Source: a virus
Reading direction: 5' to 3' (one strand)
DNA: 64,000 bases
IMG/VR virus record: IMGVR_UViG_3300042907_001325
Coordinates: 7,259-71,258 of that record
Part shown: positions 9,454-19,147 of the stretch, in pieces
Position numbering within the stretch: position 1 is the stretch's first letter
How the letters are laid out: each line of letters opens with the position of its first letter
Notes under the pieces: generated by a model
What the model was told of the DNA's origin: nothing
The model's input: only the letters and a program-made list of their open reading frames with translations
Databases searched by the model: none
Position numbers and translations under genes: made by a program

Positions 9454-10917
9454 TTAATTTTTTTTTGAGGAAAATGATTTAGCTAATTGTATTAAATCTT
9501 TTTCTGATAATTTACCGTCTGGCGTTAAATTATTGTCGGATTGAAAAGATTTGATGATTTTTTCAGTCTCATCTCCAAATTTTCCGTCATTACCAAATTT
9601 AGGTAATAAATACCCTAAACTGATTAAGGCTTTTTGTATTTTTGCAACATCATCATCGTAAGATATCTTTGAATCTGATTTTTTTAAATTTGTAAAATTT
9701 TTACCTGATTTTGTGATAGTTTCTAAATCTGATAAAAAATTTTTTTCATCCTCCTTAGGAACTGTTTTAGTATTTTTTTTTGACCCCGTAAATATTTTAT
9801 CGGCATTATTTAAAAGGTCTTTTAAATGTTTTCCTCTTGGTAATCCAATATGTACATGAGTCGTACTTTCATGACCTATCCATTCTGAAATTTCTCCAAT
9901 ATAGTCGCCAATTTTAACAACATCATCTTTTTTCAATTTAACATTTTTTAAATGAGTATAAAAAATATCAGGAAATTTCCCTGTACCTTTGATAGACACT
10001 TGAGTTCCAAATATTTTACCTGAGTTTTTTCCGGTATCTCTAATTTTAGTTACAACACCATCAGTATAAGAATTTACTACTGTTCCTGGAGGTGAAAATA
10101 TATCCCAAGCATTGTCAGATTGCCAATTACCGAGAGCTCGACCAGAATGGTTTTTAGGTCCGTTTACTAAATCAGTTTTAAAAGTTCCACCAATATTTGT
10201 GGTAGATTCTTTAATTGATAATTCTTTATCGGTTTCTTTGTCTGCCGTGTTAAACAATTTTTCAATATGACCTGACCTTCTTAAAAATTTAAACACAAGA
10301 TTTTCATAAGACAATTCACCATCTTTTTCCAATCCTGACTTTCTATAGTCCTTTAATTTTTCTTTGATTTTTTCCAAATCTTTACCTTCATCAATTGCCG
10401 TATTAATCTTTTCCGTCCAACATTTAATTTTATTTGTTAGGACTTTTTTATCAACATTATTCTTAAATTTTTTTGGTTCAGATATCCATTCATTATTCAT
10501 AACGGAATATACTCCCGAACTATAATGAGATTCTTCAACATCTTGAGCATATAGTTCAACATCGTATCCAAAGATTCGGATATCATGTTTATCGTTAAAC
10601 ACTTGTTTTTTTAAATTAAATAATTCCTTATATAGTTCCGATTGATTTTCATATTGTTGTAAATCAACAATTACGTGTAAATCAAAATCTGAGAACTCGG
10701 ACCAATTGTAATTTGCTAAAGAGCCTGTAAGATGAATATCTTCAACAAAAACCTCATCACCCAAATATTCAATAAATTTTTCTGCAATACGTGAAAGAGC
10801 CTCTCTAACCTTTGGTATCATAACCGATTGGTCAGGTTTTTTAGGGTTTTCCCAAACTTTAGGGTTTAAAGATTCTTTAAGTGAAAAACTATTAAGGATT
10901 TTTTGAAAATTATTCAT
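9454..10917 (-). CDS. Fusion: Pol-beta-type nucleotidyltransferase + M23-like peptidase + peptidoglycan-binding domain
   Basis: LTGSLANYNW..SDFDLH (GS/DxD); DIFSPPGT.V, YTHL, HVHIG; IQKAL..LGY..DGKFG.ET..I..FQ..N.L.PDG. Confidence 0.75.
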   Translation of the reverse strand: MNNFQKILNSFSLKESLNPKVWENPKKPDQSVMIPKVREALSRIAEKFIEYLGDEVFVEDIHLTGSLANYNWSEFSDFDLHVIVDLQQYENQSELYKELFNLKKQVFNDKHDIRIFGYDVELYAQDVEESHYSSGVYSVMNNEWISEPKKFKNNVDKKVLTNKIKCWTEKINTAIDEGKDLEKIKEKLKDYRKSGLEKDGELSYENLVFKFLRRSGHIEKLFNTADKETDKELSIKESTTNIGGTFKTDLVNGPKNHSGRALGNWQSDNAWDIFSPPGTVVNSYTDGVVTKIRDTGKNSGKIFGTQVSIKGTGKFPDIFYTHLKNVKLKKDDVVKIGDYIGEISEWIGHESTTHVHIGLPRGKHLKDLLNNADKIFTGSKKNTKTVPKEDEKNFLSDLETITKSGKNFTNLKKSDSKISYDDDVAKIQKALISLGYLLPKFGNDGKFGDETEKIIKSFQSDNNLTPDGKLSEKDLIQLAKSFSSKKN

Positions 10918-10938
10918 CTTTAATAAATAGTCCGTTAA

Positions 10939-11181
10939 TTAAACTTTTTTATATGAATATTGAGTTGCAATGTTGGTAGTAAAAAATTTACCTTGAGATT
11001 CTGCCAATCTGAATTTTGTATAGACTTGGTGAGGTACTTTGTCGTACTTGTATTTGGCTCCGTTATTGAATTCTACGACCAACTCTTTAGATTCTGTGTC
11101 GTATTCACTTGATTTAATATTTGAAGATTTAATTTCGTTTTTAATCTTCGTCCCATCAATTACTTCTTTGATTATTCCCAT
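10939..11181 (-). CDS. KTSC-domain protein
   Basis: SSNIKS.EYD...L.VEF.NG..Y.Y..VP..VY..F..AES.GKFF. Confidence 0.85.
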   Translation of the reverse strand: MGIIKEVIDGTKIKNEIKSSNIKSSEYDTESKELVVEFNNGAKYKYDKVPHQVYTKFRLAESQGKFFTTNIATQYSYKKV

Positions 11182-11473
11182 TTTTTTTAAGTGGTGTTAG
11201 TTCATTTATTTTTTCTAATAATGGTGTTAGATAAGCACTTAACTCATTAAAATTCATATCAAAACCATAAGATTTAACGTCATTAAGTAAAGAGTTTCTA
11301 TCATTATCAAATTTGTGAAATAAATTCATCATTTTTCTAGTATAATGTGGTGGTTTTTCTAGTTGGTCTTCACTAAACCCCAACTCTTGGAAATGTTGTC
11401 TTAATTCAAGGTATGTATCAAGTAGTTGTCTTAATGTAAATGACTCTTCCAAGAACTTTTCATATAGTTTCAT
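11156..11473 (-). CDS. Hypothetical protein
   Basis: 105-aa ORF, TATTTAT just upstream of ATG. Confidence 0.65.
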   Translation of the reverse strand: MKLYEKFLEESFTLRQLLDTYLELRQHFQELGFSEDQLEKPPHYTRKMMNLFHKFDNDRNSLLNDVKSYGFDMNFNELSAYLTPLLEKINELTPLKKNGNNQRSN

Positions 11474-11485
11474 GAATATAAATAT

Positions 11486-11512
11486 AAAACCCCCACCATT
11501 TGGTGAGGGTTA
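11486..11512. terminator. Hairpin terminator
   Basis: aaaacccccacc-attt-ggtgagggtt, U-tract on minus strand. Confidence 0.55.
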
Positions 11513-11517
11513 TTATA

Positions 11518-11922
11518 TTAGGATTTTAATTTTCTTAATTGGTCTCTAATCTCGATGGACTTTTCAAAGTTTTGTTCTTTGATTGATTCCTTTAATTCCA
11601 ATTCAAGATTTTCAATCATCTCTTTATTGGTTCCCAAGTTTTTAATTTGGTCTCTTAACTTAACCGCTTCTTCAAAATCTTCCATTTCAATCGCTCTTTC
11701 AAGTTTAATATTAAGGTATTCTTCCTTACTCATTTCTTTTGGATTATCATTATCTAAATCCGATAAATCAAATACTTTTACATAACGAGTATATTTGTAA
11801 TTCCCATCAGGAGATTCAAAAGTATTGGTCGTCCAATCTTGTTTATTAAAATCTTCCATGATTTTGTCGTAACGAGCCATTAGGTCGTCAATGTTAAAAT
11901 TAAATTTTCTTCTGTGAAACAT
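11518..11922 (-). CDS. Protein with two UvrB/UvrC (UVR) coiled-coil motifs, McsA-like adaptor candidate
   Basis: LERAIEMEDFEEAVKLRDQI and LKESIKEQNFEKSIEIRDQL; divergent from clpC. Confidence 0.75.
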   Translation of the reverse strand: MFHRRKFNFNIDDLMARYDKIMEDFNKQDWTTNTFESPDGNYKYTRYVKVFDLSDLDNDNPKEMSKEEYLNIKLERAIEMEDFEEAVKLRDQIKNLGTNKEMIENLELELKESIKEQNFEKSIEIRDQLRKLKS

Positions 11923-12013
11923 ATTTTTTTGTTTTTTTAAATTTATTTATTATCTTTGTTCTTGTCAAGTATCATACCGATGATAAATATAAGATATTAT
12001 TTTATATAATCCA

Positions 12014-12056
12014 TGACATTATGTCAGGTTAATAAAATTATTATGACAATTTGTCA
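12014..12056. promoter_or_regulatory. Two TGACA-N3-TGTCA palindromes (12014-12026, 12044-12056)
   Basis: tgacattatgtca and tgacaatttgtca, 30 bp apart, between divergent genes. Confidence 0.65.
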
Positions 12057-12110
12057 AAATATTTGGATATGTATGAAATTTGACCGTAATTTGTAAAACA
12101 ATTAAAAAAT

Positions 12111-14126
12111 ATGAACGACTTAATGGACGACGACGACAAAATGATGAACAAAAAAACTAAATCATCTGGAGAATCTAACACACCTGTGTTAGATAATTTT
12201 AGTAGAGACTTAATGAAACTAGCGGAAGCTGGAAAACTTGACCCCGTTATTGGTCGTGATAGAGAAATCTTAAGGATTGCTCAAATTCTTTCTCGTAGAA
12301 AGAAAAATAACCCGATTATACTCGGAGAACCTGGTTGTGGTAAAACCGCACTTGTTGAAGGATTGGCAATCAAGATTGTAAATGGTGATTGTCCCCGTAA
12401 CTTGGTAGATAAACGTATTGTTAATCTTGACCTTACATCAGTTGTTGCCGGTACAAAGTATCGTGGACAATTTGAAGAAAGAATGAAAGTGATTATCGAA
12501 GAACTTCAATCAAACCCAAACATCATTGTATTCATTGATGAGATTCACACATTGGTTGGTTCAGGAAATTCTTCAGGTTCAATGGATGGTTCAAATATCT
12601 TTAAACCCGCATTGGCACGTGGGGAAATTCAATGTATCGGGGCAACTACATTAGATGAGTTCCGTAAAAACATTGAAAAAGATGGAGCATTGGAACGTAG
12701 ATTCCAAAAGGTAATCGTTGAACCATCATCAATTGATGAAACAATTCAAATCCTTAAGAATGTTCGTGACAAATACGAAGATTTCCACAAGGTGAATTAC
12801 AGCGATGAGGTAATTGAGACTTGTGTTAAGTTGGCAGACCGTTATATCACAGACCGTGAGTTCCCTGATAAAGCATTTGACATTTTGGATGAGGTTGGAG
12901 CAAGAATGCAGACCGAACTAAAGATACCTGAAGCAATTGAGGAGTTAAAAAGACAAGCAGCAGAAATCAAACTTCAAAAAATGGAAGTGGTTAAAAAACA
13001 AAACTACGAACAAGCTGCAGAGCTTCGTGACAAAGAAAAAAAATTGTTACTGAAGTTGGAGCAAGAAAAAATTAAGTTTGATGAAAAGTTGTCCAAAGAA
13101 AAACAACTCATCTTATTGGAACATGTTTATGATGTTGTATCAAACATGACAAAAATCCCTGTAAATAAAATGAGTGTGGATGATACTAAATCTTTGTTGG
13201 ACTTGGACAAAACTTTGATTGACAAAGTTATCGGTCAAAACAATGCGGTAGTTAAGATTGCAAAAGCAATCAAAAGAAATCGTTTGGGTATTAAAGACCC
13301 TAATCGTCCAATTGGGTCATTTGTGTTTTTAGGTTCGACAGGTGTTGGTAAGACATACCTGGCAAAACAATTGGCAAAAGAAATGTTCGGTTCCGAAGAT
13401 GCTCTCATTCGTGTCGACATGTCTGAATACCAAGAGAAACACACAATATCCAAATTAATTGGAGCACCTCCAGGATACGTAGGTTATGAAGAAGGCGGAT
13501 TGTTAACTGAGAAAGTTAAAAACAAACCTTACTCTGTAATCTTATTTGATGAGATTGAAAAAGCTCACAAAGATGTATTCACCATCCTACTTCAGGTTTT
13601 AGATGACGGTCATGTAACCGACAGTTTGGGACGTAAGATTAACTTCAAAAATACCTTGATTATCTTGACATCAAACTTGGGGGTTAAAAAACTACAAGAC
13701 TTTGGGGCTGGTATTGGTTTCTCAAGTAATTCATATAGTAATGAAGAAGCTAAGAAACAAATGTTAATGAAGGAAATGAAAAACTTCTTCTCACCTGAGT
13801 TCATTAATCGTATTGATGATACGGTTGTATTTAACTCATTGACTAAAGAAGACATCAAAAAGATTACCGACATTGAATTAAAGAAGTTGGTGACTCGTCT
13901 TGTAGATATGAAGTACAAAATCACATATGACGAATCTTTGGTTGAGTATTTATCAAAGATTGGATACGATGAATTGTACGGAGCTCGTCCATTGAAGAGA
14001 GCTATTCAGGATAAGGTTGAAGACCTATTGTCAGAAGAAGTTCTAACGGGTAAGATGATTGAAGGTAAGACCTATCACATCAAAGTAGTGGGTGAAAACG
14101 TGGTGGTCCAAAAAAAAGGACGATAA
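12111..14126 (+). CDS. clpC: ClpC-type AAA+ unfoldase lacking the N-terminal Clp-repeat domain
   Basis: Two Walker A motifs (GEPGCGKT, GSTGVGKT), KYRG pore loop, UVR middle domain, GIGF ClpP-docking loop, GARPL. Confidence 0.92.
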   Translation: MNDLMDDDDKMMNKKTKSSGESNTPVLDNFSRDLMKLAEAGKLDPVIGRDREILRIAQILSRRKKNNPIILGEPGCGKTALVEGLAIKIVNGDCPRNLVDKRIVNLDLTSVVAGTKYRGQFEERMKVIIEELQSNPNIIVFIDEIHTLVGSGNSSGSMDGSNIFKPALARGEIQCIGATTLDEFRKNIEKDGALERRFQKVIVEPSSIDETIQILKNVRDKYEDFHKVNYSDEVIETCVKLADRYITDREFPDKAFDILDEVGARMQTELKIPEAIEELKRQAAEIKLQKMEVVKKQNYEQAAELRDKEKKLLLKLEQEKIKFDEKLSKEKQLILLEHVYDVVSNMTKIPVNKMSVDDTKSLLDLDKTLIDKVIGQNNAVVKIAKAIKRNRLGIKDPNRPIGSFVFLGSTGVGKTYLAKQLAKEMFGSEDALIRVDMSEYQEKHTISKLIGAPPGYVGYEEGGLLTEKVKNKPYSVILFDEIEKAHKDVFTILLQVLDDGHVTDSLGRKINFKNTLIILTSNLGVKKLQDFGAGIGFSSNSYSNEEAKKQMLMKEMKNFFSPEFINRIDDTVVFNSLTKEDIKKITDIELKKLVTRLVDMKYKITYDESLVEYLSKIGYDELYGARPLKRAIQDKVEDLLSEEVLTGKMIEGKTYHIKVVGENVVVQKKGR

Positions 14127-14130
14127 TTAA

Positions 14131-14158
14131 GAAAGGGAGATGAAAATCTCCCTTTTGT
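14131..14158 (+). terminator. Intrinsic terminator after clpC
   Basis: aagggagat-gaaa-atctcccttt. Confidence 0.7.
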
Positions 14159-14174
14159 TTTATATTTATATTTG

Positions 14175-14348
14175 ATGAGAGAGTTAATCAGAAAAGTTAT
14201 CAGAGAAATCGTCACAAATAAAGAAATAATTTGTGACAAATGTGGATGGTCGTGGGATATTGTTGATGGCGGCGATGACTTATATATCTGTCATGAATGT
14301 AATCATGATAATGAACCAAAATCGAAATCAAAGTTAGATAAATTATAA
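14175..14348 (+). CDS. 57-aa Zn-ribbon protein with MRELIRKVIRE leader
   Basis: Hand-translated: MRELIRKVIREIVTNKEIICDKCGWSW...YICHECNH...; TATTTAT upstream; below ORF-track cutoff. Confidence 0.7.
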   Translation: MRELIRKVIREIVTNKEIICDKCGWSWDIVDGGDDLYICHECNHDNEPKSKSKLDKL

Positions 14349-14356
14349 AACTTTAT

Positions 14357-15196
14357 TTAAAACACTGACCGATTTCTCCAACCATGTTCAACCATTTCTT
14401 TATAGTGTAATTTATGACCAAGTTTATCAATCATTTTCTTACCCATGTCGATACCATTAATTACGTCTTCAACAACGACGTATTCATGGGTTGTGTGATA
14501 TTGGTAGTATCCAATTGAGAAGTTAATACAAGAGAAGTCAAACTTACCTCTTAACGCATATACGTCAGTATAAGGGTGAACCATGTATCTCATTCTATTT
14601 CCCATACCTTCTGTTAATACCTCATTACAAGCATCAAAAAATTCAGTCTCTCTGTCAAATAAAACTTGACCAAAACATTTTTCAGTAATCATCCAGTTTT
14701 CAGGTGCGTCAAATTGAATACCATATCCAACATTATCAAAAAATGATGAATCCGCCATCATTGAACCTTTACAACCGGTTTCTTCAGATACAAAGAACGC
14801 GGCCTTTACATACGGTAATTCTTTTAATAATCTAAGACATGCAAATACACCACATTTATCATCACCACCAATACCTGTTGGTTCTCCATCATTGTCATAT
14901 GCCTTATATGATAATTTAATTTCTTTTTGAGCATTTGGTAACATTTCCTCTCGGATATTAATATCGTTAAGTCCATGTACCGTATCCGTATGTGAAATTA
15001 CACATGGGAAATAAAATCCTTCAGGAAGTTCTTTTGATTCTTGTTTTGTTGCGTAGACGTTATTATATTCGTCCACATAGTGCTCAATATTATTTTCAGT
15101 TAACCAGTTAACCAAAAACTCAACCATTCTGTCCTCGCGATACGTTGCCGTAGGTACGCTCAAAACGGCTTTAAGTAATTCTAAATTTTGTTCCAT
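14357..15196 (-). CDS. M20/M28-family Zn peptidase
   Basis: SHTDTVH, GGDDKCG, SEETGC.GS, QFD, YHT..E. Confidence 0.8.
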   Translation of the reverse strand: MEQNLELLKAVLSVPTATYREDRMVEFLVNWLTENNIEHYVDEYNNVYATKQESKELPEGFYFPCVISHTDTVHGLNDINIREEMLPNAQKEIKLSYKAYDNDGEPTGIGGDDKCGVFACLRLLKELPYVKAAFFVSEETGCKGSMMADSSFFDNVGYGIQFDAPENWMITEKCFGQVLFDRETEFFDACNEVLTEGMGNRMRYMVHPYTDVYALRGKFDFSCINFSIGYYQYHTTHEYVVVEDVINGIDMGKKMIDKLGHKLHYKEMVEHGWRNRSVF

Positions 15197-15217
15197 AGAG
15201 CAAATATAGAAAATTAT

Positions 15218-17020
15218 TTACACTTCACCAAATTTAAATAACTCTGGTTGATATAATAAATTATTAAATTGCTCTTCATTCAGTTTACGGGTAGTAAATC
15301 CTGTAGGTAGTTGTAATTCAACAACAATTTGCATATTGTCTCTATCAAAATTTTTAACTTTGAAATTTATTGATTCATCTTTTGGTAATTTATACCATTT
15401 ACCTATCTCGTATTTAGATAATATTTTTTGTCTAAGTTCCAAAAATTTTACTATTGGGGTTCCATCTTCTTCAATCTTTTCTAAGATACTATCAAATTGT
15501 CTTCCAACCTCTCTGTTGAATGACTCAGTATCAAAATTATCAGAATCTTGATATTCATATGTGTCGTCATACCAACCGCCCATACTACCGCCACTTTGTT
15601 CAACAATCTGATTAAATAATGAAATAACATCAGTTTTATTGATTTCAAGTCTTGTTGACCACATTAATAGATTTGCCGGTGTTGTTGTAATCTCATCATA
15701 TCTTCTTTTAAGGGCAAATCCTGTAGATTCTAAAACGTCATTAATTTCTTTTGTGATAGATTCTTTGGCGGTAATGCTCATTTCTCTATTTTTTTCTACA
15801 AAATAATCATTTATGATATTATCGGTTTCTGTTTCAAATAAATCTAATAATACCGCAGCTAACTCTTGTTGATACTCATTTAACAAACTAAATGATTTTG
15901 ATGGCAATAAAACGTCTGAGATTTGTTTTATTTTTTCTGTGTTCTCATCATTTAAGTCAGCAAATATAAGATACCCTTCTTTAAAATCGTCATAAATAGT
16001 ATATTCATCCATAAATTCATAATCACTATAACTTGAAGATACCGCATTCATAAACCACACGTCGTCGTCACTTACATCAAAATTTTTAAAAAAATTCTTA
16101 TCATCACCAAAATCAATAACAATTTTACTTTGTCCCAATGGGTCCTTAATTATAACATCAAGAATCGATGGGTCAGAATCTATTAATTCTTCAACAGTTG
16201 CAATCCCCCTTGTAAATTCTCTTAATTTTTTAATGAATTCACCAACACCCGTTAAATCGTCAATAAGGTCACTTTGATTTGGAAAATATTCTTTAAGGTA
16301 TTCAATAGTTTTTGCGAAATCTTGAGCATCAAATACTTCAGTTTTTTTTTCACTTTCATTTTGATATAACGCAATTTTATTGTTAGTTTTTTTATTTAAA
16401 AAATAATATAAATTACCATCTCTTGTATATTTGTCAAAATACGATGTTGACCCTTTTTGAGTTGTACACCATTTGGTGTTGGTACCATAATAACAAGATG
16501 CTGAATGTGATTTTGGTCTAACCACCAACACTTCATCATCTTCATAAATTTTATCAACTTGAGATTTAATCTCCAGTTCAATTTGTTTTTGAGTTTTTCT
16601 ACTATCAATAATGGACATTAATTTCTTAATGAATTGAGGATTTTCATATTGATTAATATCCTTTGGTGAACGAGCAATCCCCACAATATTTGGTACTAAA
16701 TAACTATTATTTGTGTCGGCGATAAATTCAGTTTCCGCTTTCCAAATATCATCTTCAGTTATTCTATTAACATTTACATGGAACCAAGGAATTATTATTC
16801 CAAATAAATCTTGTAGTGATTCTGACTGCCGAACATTTAATCCACCTTTTTCACCTGATAATTCAGGAATAATTTTTTCAAGTTTTTTTGCAATATACTC
16901 AACATATTTGTAGTTTGTTGGGTCAACACTTAATATCCTGTCAATGAATGGGCCATCATACTCAAACCGTTGTTTAAGTTGTTTTGCAATATCTTCCTTT
17001 TTACCTTCAATTATAATCAC
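15218..17020 (-). CDS. Large hypothetical protein, SCxYGxxTxWC family paralog 1
   Basis: ASCYYGTNTKWCTT; N-terminus IIIEGKKED matches paralog 2. Confidence 0.75.
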   Translation of the reverse strand: MIIIEGKKEDIAKQLKQRFEYDGPFIDRILSVDPTNYKYVEYIAKKLEKIIPELSGEKGGLNVRQSESLQDLFGIIIPWFHVNVNRITEDDIWKAETEFIADTNNSYLVPNIVGIARSPKDINQYENPQFIKKLMSIIDSRKTQKQIELEIKSQVDKIYEDDEVLVVRPKSHSASCYYGTNTKWCTTQKGSTSYFDKYTRDGNLYYFLNKKTNNKIALYQNESEKKTEVFDAQDFAKTIEYLKEYFPNQSDLIDDLTGVGEFIKKLREFTRGIATVEELIDSDPSILDVIIKDPLGQSKIVIDFGDDKNFFKNFDVSDDDVWFMNAVSSSYSDYEFMDEYTIYDDFKEGYLIFADLNDENTEKIKQISDVLLPSKSFSLLNEYQQELAAVLLDLFETETDNIINDYFVEKNREMSITAKESITKEINDVLESTGFALKRRYDEITTTPANLLMWSTRLEINKTDVISLFNQIVEQSGGSMGGWYDDTYEYQDSDNFDTESFNREVGRQFDSILEKIEEDGTPIVKFLELRQKILSKYEIGKWYKLPKDESINFKVKNFDRDNMQIVVELQLPTGFTTRKLNEEQFNNLLYQPELFKFGEV

Positions 17021-17073
17021 AGGATATTTTTACAATAAATACCAATTTTGTTTGTAATATTTATTTTTTGTCC

Positions 17074-17110
17074 TATCTTTGTATTTATAATATTACAAGT
17101 TATTTGACAT
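17074..17110 (+). promoter_or_regulatory. Bacteroidota-type promoter and boxA-like element for tmRNA
   Basis: TATCTTTG at 17074-17081; AAGTTATTTGACAT at 17097-17110. Confidence 0.55.
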
Positions 17111-17112
17111 AT

Positions 17113-17521
17113 GGGGGTGTTTTTGGATTTGACAGGTATTGGCTGAAGACAAAGGGCACGTGGAGACTGAATTAATCTCCTTAAAAACTGATTCACAAAA
17201 ACAATCGGCGACGTTTTATCGAAAATGGAAACTCTTGGTTTACTAAGAGGTTCTGAAGTTACTGTATCCTAAGAGGTTTACGGAAACGGGGGGTCGGTGG
17301 ACACATAACCTAGCAACAGAAGTCTTTATGGTGGAATACGATTGAACCATAAATCGAGTCGTCCATTGGTTGTTGATTTACGATGGTGAAGAACAAATCA
17401 ACTTTGTTTTTGGTCAAATTAAAACCAAATATTTTGGGGTATTAGAAAATACCAACCTAAACGTGTAGTCCTTATCTGACAGGATATTATGGACCGGAGT
17501 TCGAGCCTCCGCACCTCCACC
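17113..17521 (+). ncRNA. ssrA: tmRNA
   Basis: GGGGGTG/CACCTCC-A acceptor with G3:U; GGATTTGAC 5' motif; T arm CGGAG-TTCGAGC-CTCCG; PK1 GGAGA/TCTCC plus TGAATT/GATTCA; tag frame 17207-17272. Confidence 0.92.
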
Positions 17522-17524
17522 GTA

Positions 17525-17554
17525 GACCTCAATAGAAATATTGAGGTTTTTTTT
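17525..17554 (+). terminator. tmRNA terminator
   Basis: acctcaat-agaaat-attgaggt followed by T tract. Confidence 0.8.
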
Positions 17555-17620
17555 ATTACTTTTTTCCGTAGTAATTAATCATTAAACAACTCATAAGTAC
17601 AAAATCGCATATTTATTATT

Positions 17621-19147
17621 ATGAGATTAACTCCAATCCTTATTGTTGAAGGTCGTAAAGAAGATTTACGTAAAAAATACACTGAAAAATTTAAGGAGTA
17701 TCCCGAAAATTTAGATTTTATTTTGGGTATTTCAGATTTAGCAGATACCAACTTCAAATATGCCGATTTTGTGTTAAAGAATACAAATCCAAACGCCTCT
17801 TCTGAAGAAGTTGAACATATTGTAGACCTTGTTAAAGATTTTGATAGATTTCAACCATCATTAGAGATTAAAGATATTAACAAATATGATGTCTATAAAT
17901 TAGTGACCGCAATTGACAAACATAGAGAAACCTCAAAAACTCAACAAAAAAAATCAATTGATACCTCAGACGCCAAAAAATTATACGAAGACGATAACCT
18001 ATTAATTGTTAAACCTTTAACTTACGAATCGTCTTGTAAATATGGTTCAGGTACAAGATGGTGTACTACCAGTACACAATCTCATTTTAAAGGTTATACT
18101 GAAGATGGCCAATCCTTATATTACGTCATTCTTAAGAAATTTGACAGAAGTAATAAGTTTTATAAAATTGCAATTCATATGAAACCAAATTTGGAAACAT
18201 GGTATGACGCAACTGATGAAGTAATGTCAGACAGAGAAAAAGAAGTTTTTAATCTTGGAGCTCCAAAAGTAATTCAAACAATTAGAAAAAATTATGAGGA
18301 AAGTTTAAATAAAAAATACGATTTATTTTTTAAAAATTTGTTTAATTTTAATAATTACAAATTCGCTAATGTATCATCATTATTTAAAACAACACACAAA
18401 ATAGGGATTGAATTTCAAAAACCAGAACTTATTTCGGATATGCCAAATCATGCAACAATTGAGTTAAATATTTCAGTTGATGAGGATAATATCGACCAAT
18501 ATTTGGTTATGATTACTTATGATGTTAGAAAAATGGAAAATATTTACAATGGTAATGATATTCTTTTTACTATTGGATACTCAGGCGATGATTTTGAAAT
18601 TAAACCTGAATTTGATTTTGGTATTGAAAATGTGACAAACAAAGTTCAAATCTATATACCTAATTTTCATTATTTTGATGATAAAACCATCATCAATACT
18701 TTCAATGAAATTTGTCGGAAGATTGAGTCGCAAGTTATTAATAAAATGAAAGAAAATGACGAGTTTATGTTAAGTATAACTGATGGAAAAGGAAAAACCG
18801 TTTGGACACCAAACAGAAGTTCTTATGGTTTTACATTTAAAAGAAACTCCGGATTAATTAAAAAACTTATAGATTATTTGGATTCAGGAAAAGAAGGAAC
18901 AAAATTAGATTTTTTAGTTGCTATTGGTTCGTTAGATAAAATGAATATTAATGGTAAACCACAATATTCGCATAAAAACAAAAATGATTGGAGGATATCA
19001 TCAGAATTTAGAGGTCAATTAAGCGCATTCTTTAATTCAGCCAAATTAGCCGGAATATTAGATTACGATAAAAAAGGTAATCAATTCATTTTGAAAAAAG
19101 GGAAAAATTTTGATAAGTTCAAAGAAGGACAACTTGAAGCTATTTAA
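17621..19147 (+). CDS. Large hypothetical protein, SCxYGxxTxWC family paralog 2
   Basis: SSCKYGSGTRWCTT; leader ILIVEGRKED; TATTTAT just before ATG. Confidence 0.75.
   Translation: MRLTPILIVEGRKEDLRKKYTEKFKEYPENLDFILGISDLADTNFKYADFVLKNTNPNASSEEVEHIVDLVKDFDRFQPSLEIKDINKYDVYKLVTAIDKHRETSKTQQKKSIDTSDAKKLYEDDNLLIVKPLTYESSCKYGSGTRWCTTSTQSHFKGYTEDGQSLYYVILKKFDRSNKFYKIAIHMKPNLETWYDATDEVMSDREKEVFNLGAPKVIQTIRKNYEESLNKKYDLFFKNLFNFNNYKFANVSSLFKTTHKIGIEFQKPELISDMPNHATIELNISVDEDNIDQYLVMITYDVRKMENIYNGNDILFTIGYSGDDFEIKPEFDFGIENVTNKVQIYIPNFHYFDDKTIINTFNEICRKIESQVINKMKENDEFMLSITDGKGKTVWTPNRSSYGFTFKRNSGLIKKLIDYLDSGKEGTKLDFLVAIGSLDKMNINGKPQYSHKNKNDWRISSEFRGQLSAFFNSAKLAGILDYDKKGNQFILKKGKNFDKFKEGQLEAI

Noticed and set aside
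12111-14126. ClpB annotation
   Set aside because: The short UVR-type middle domain and the IGF loop indicate ClpC.
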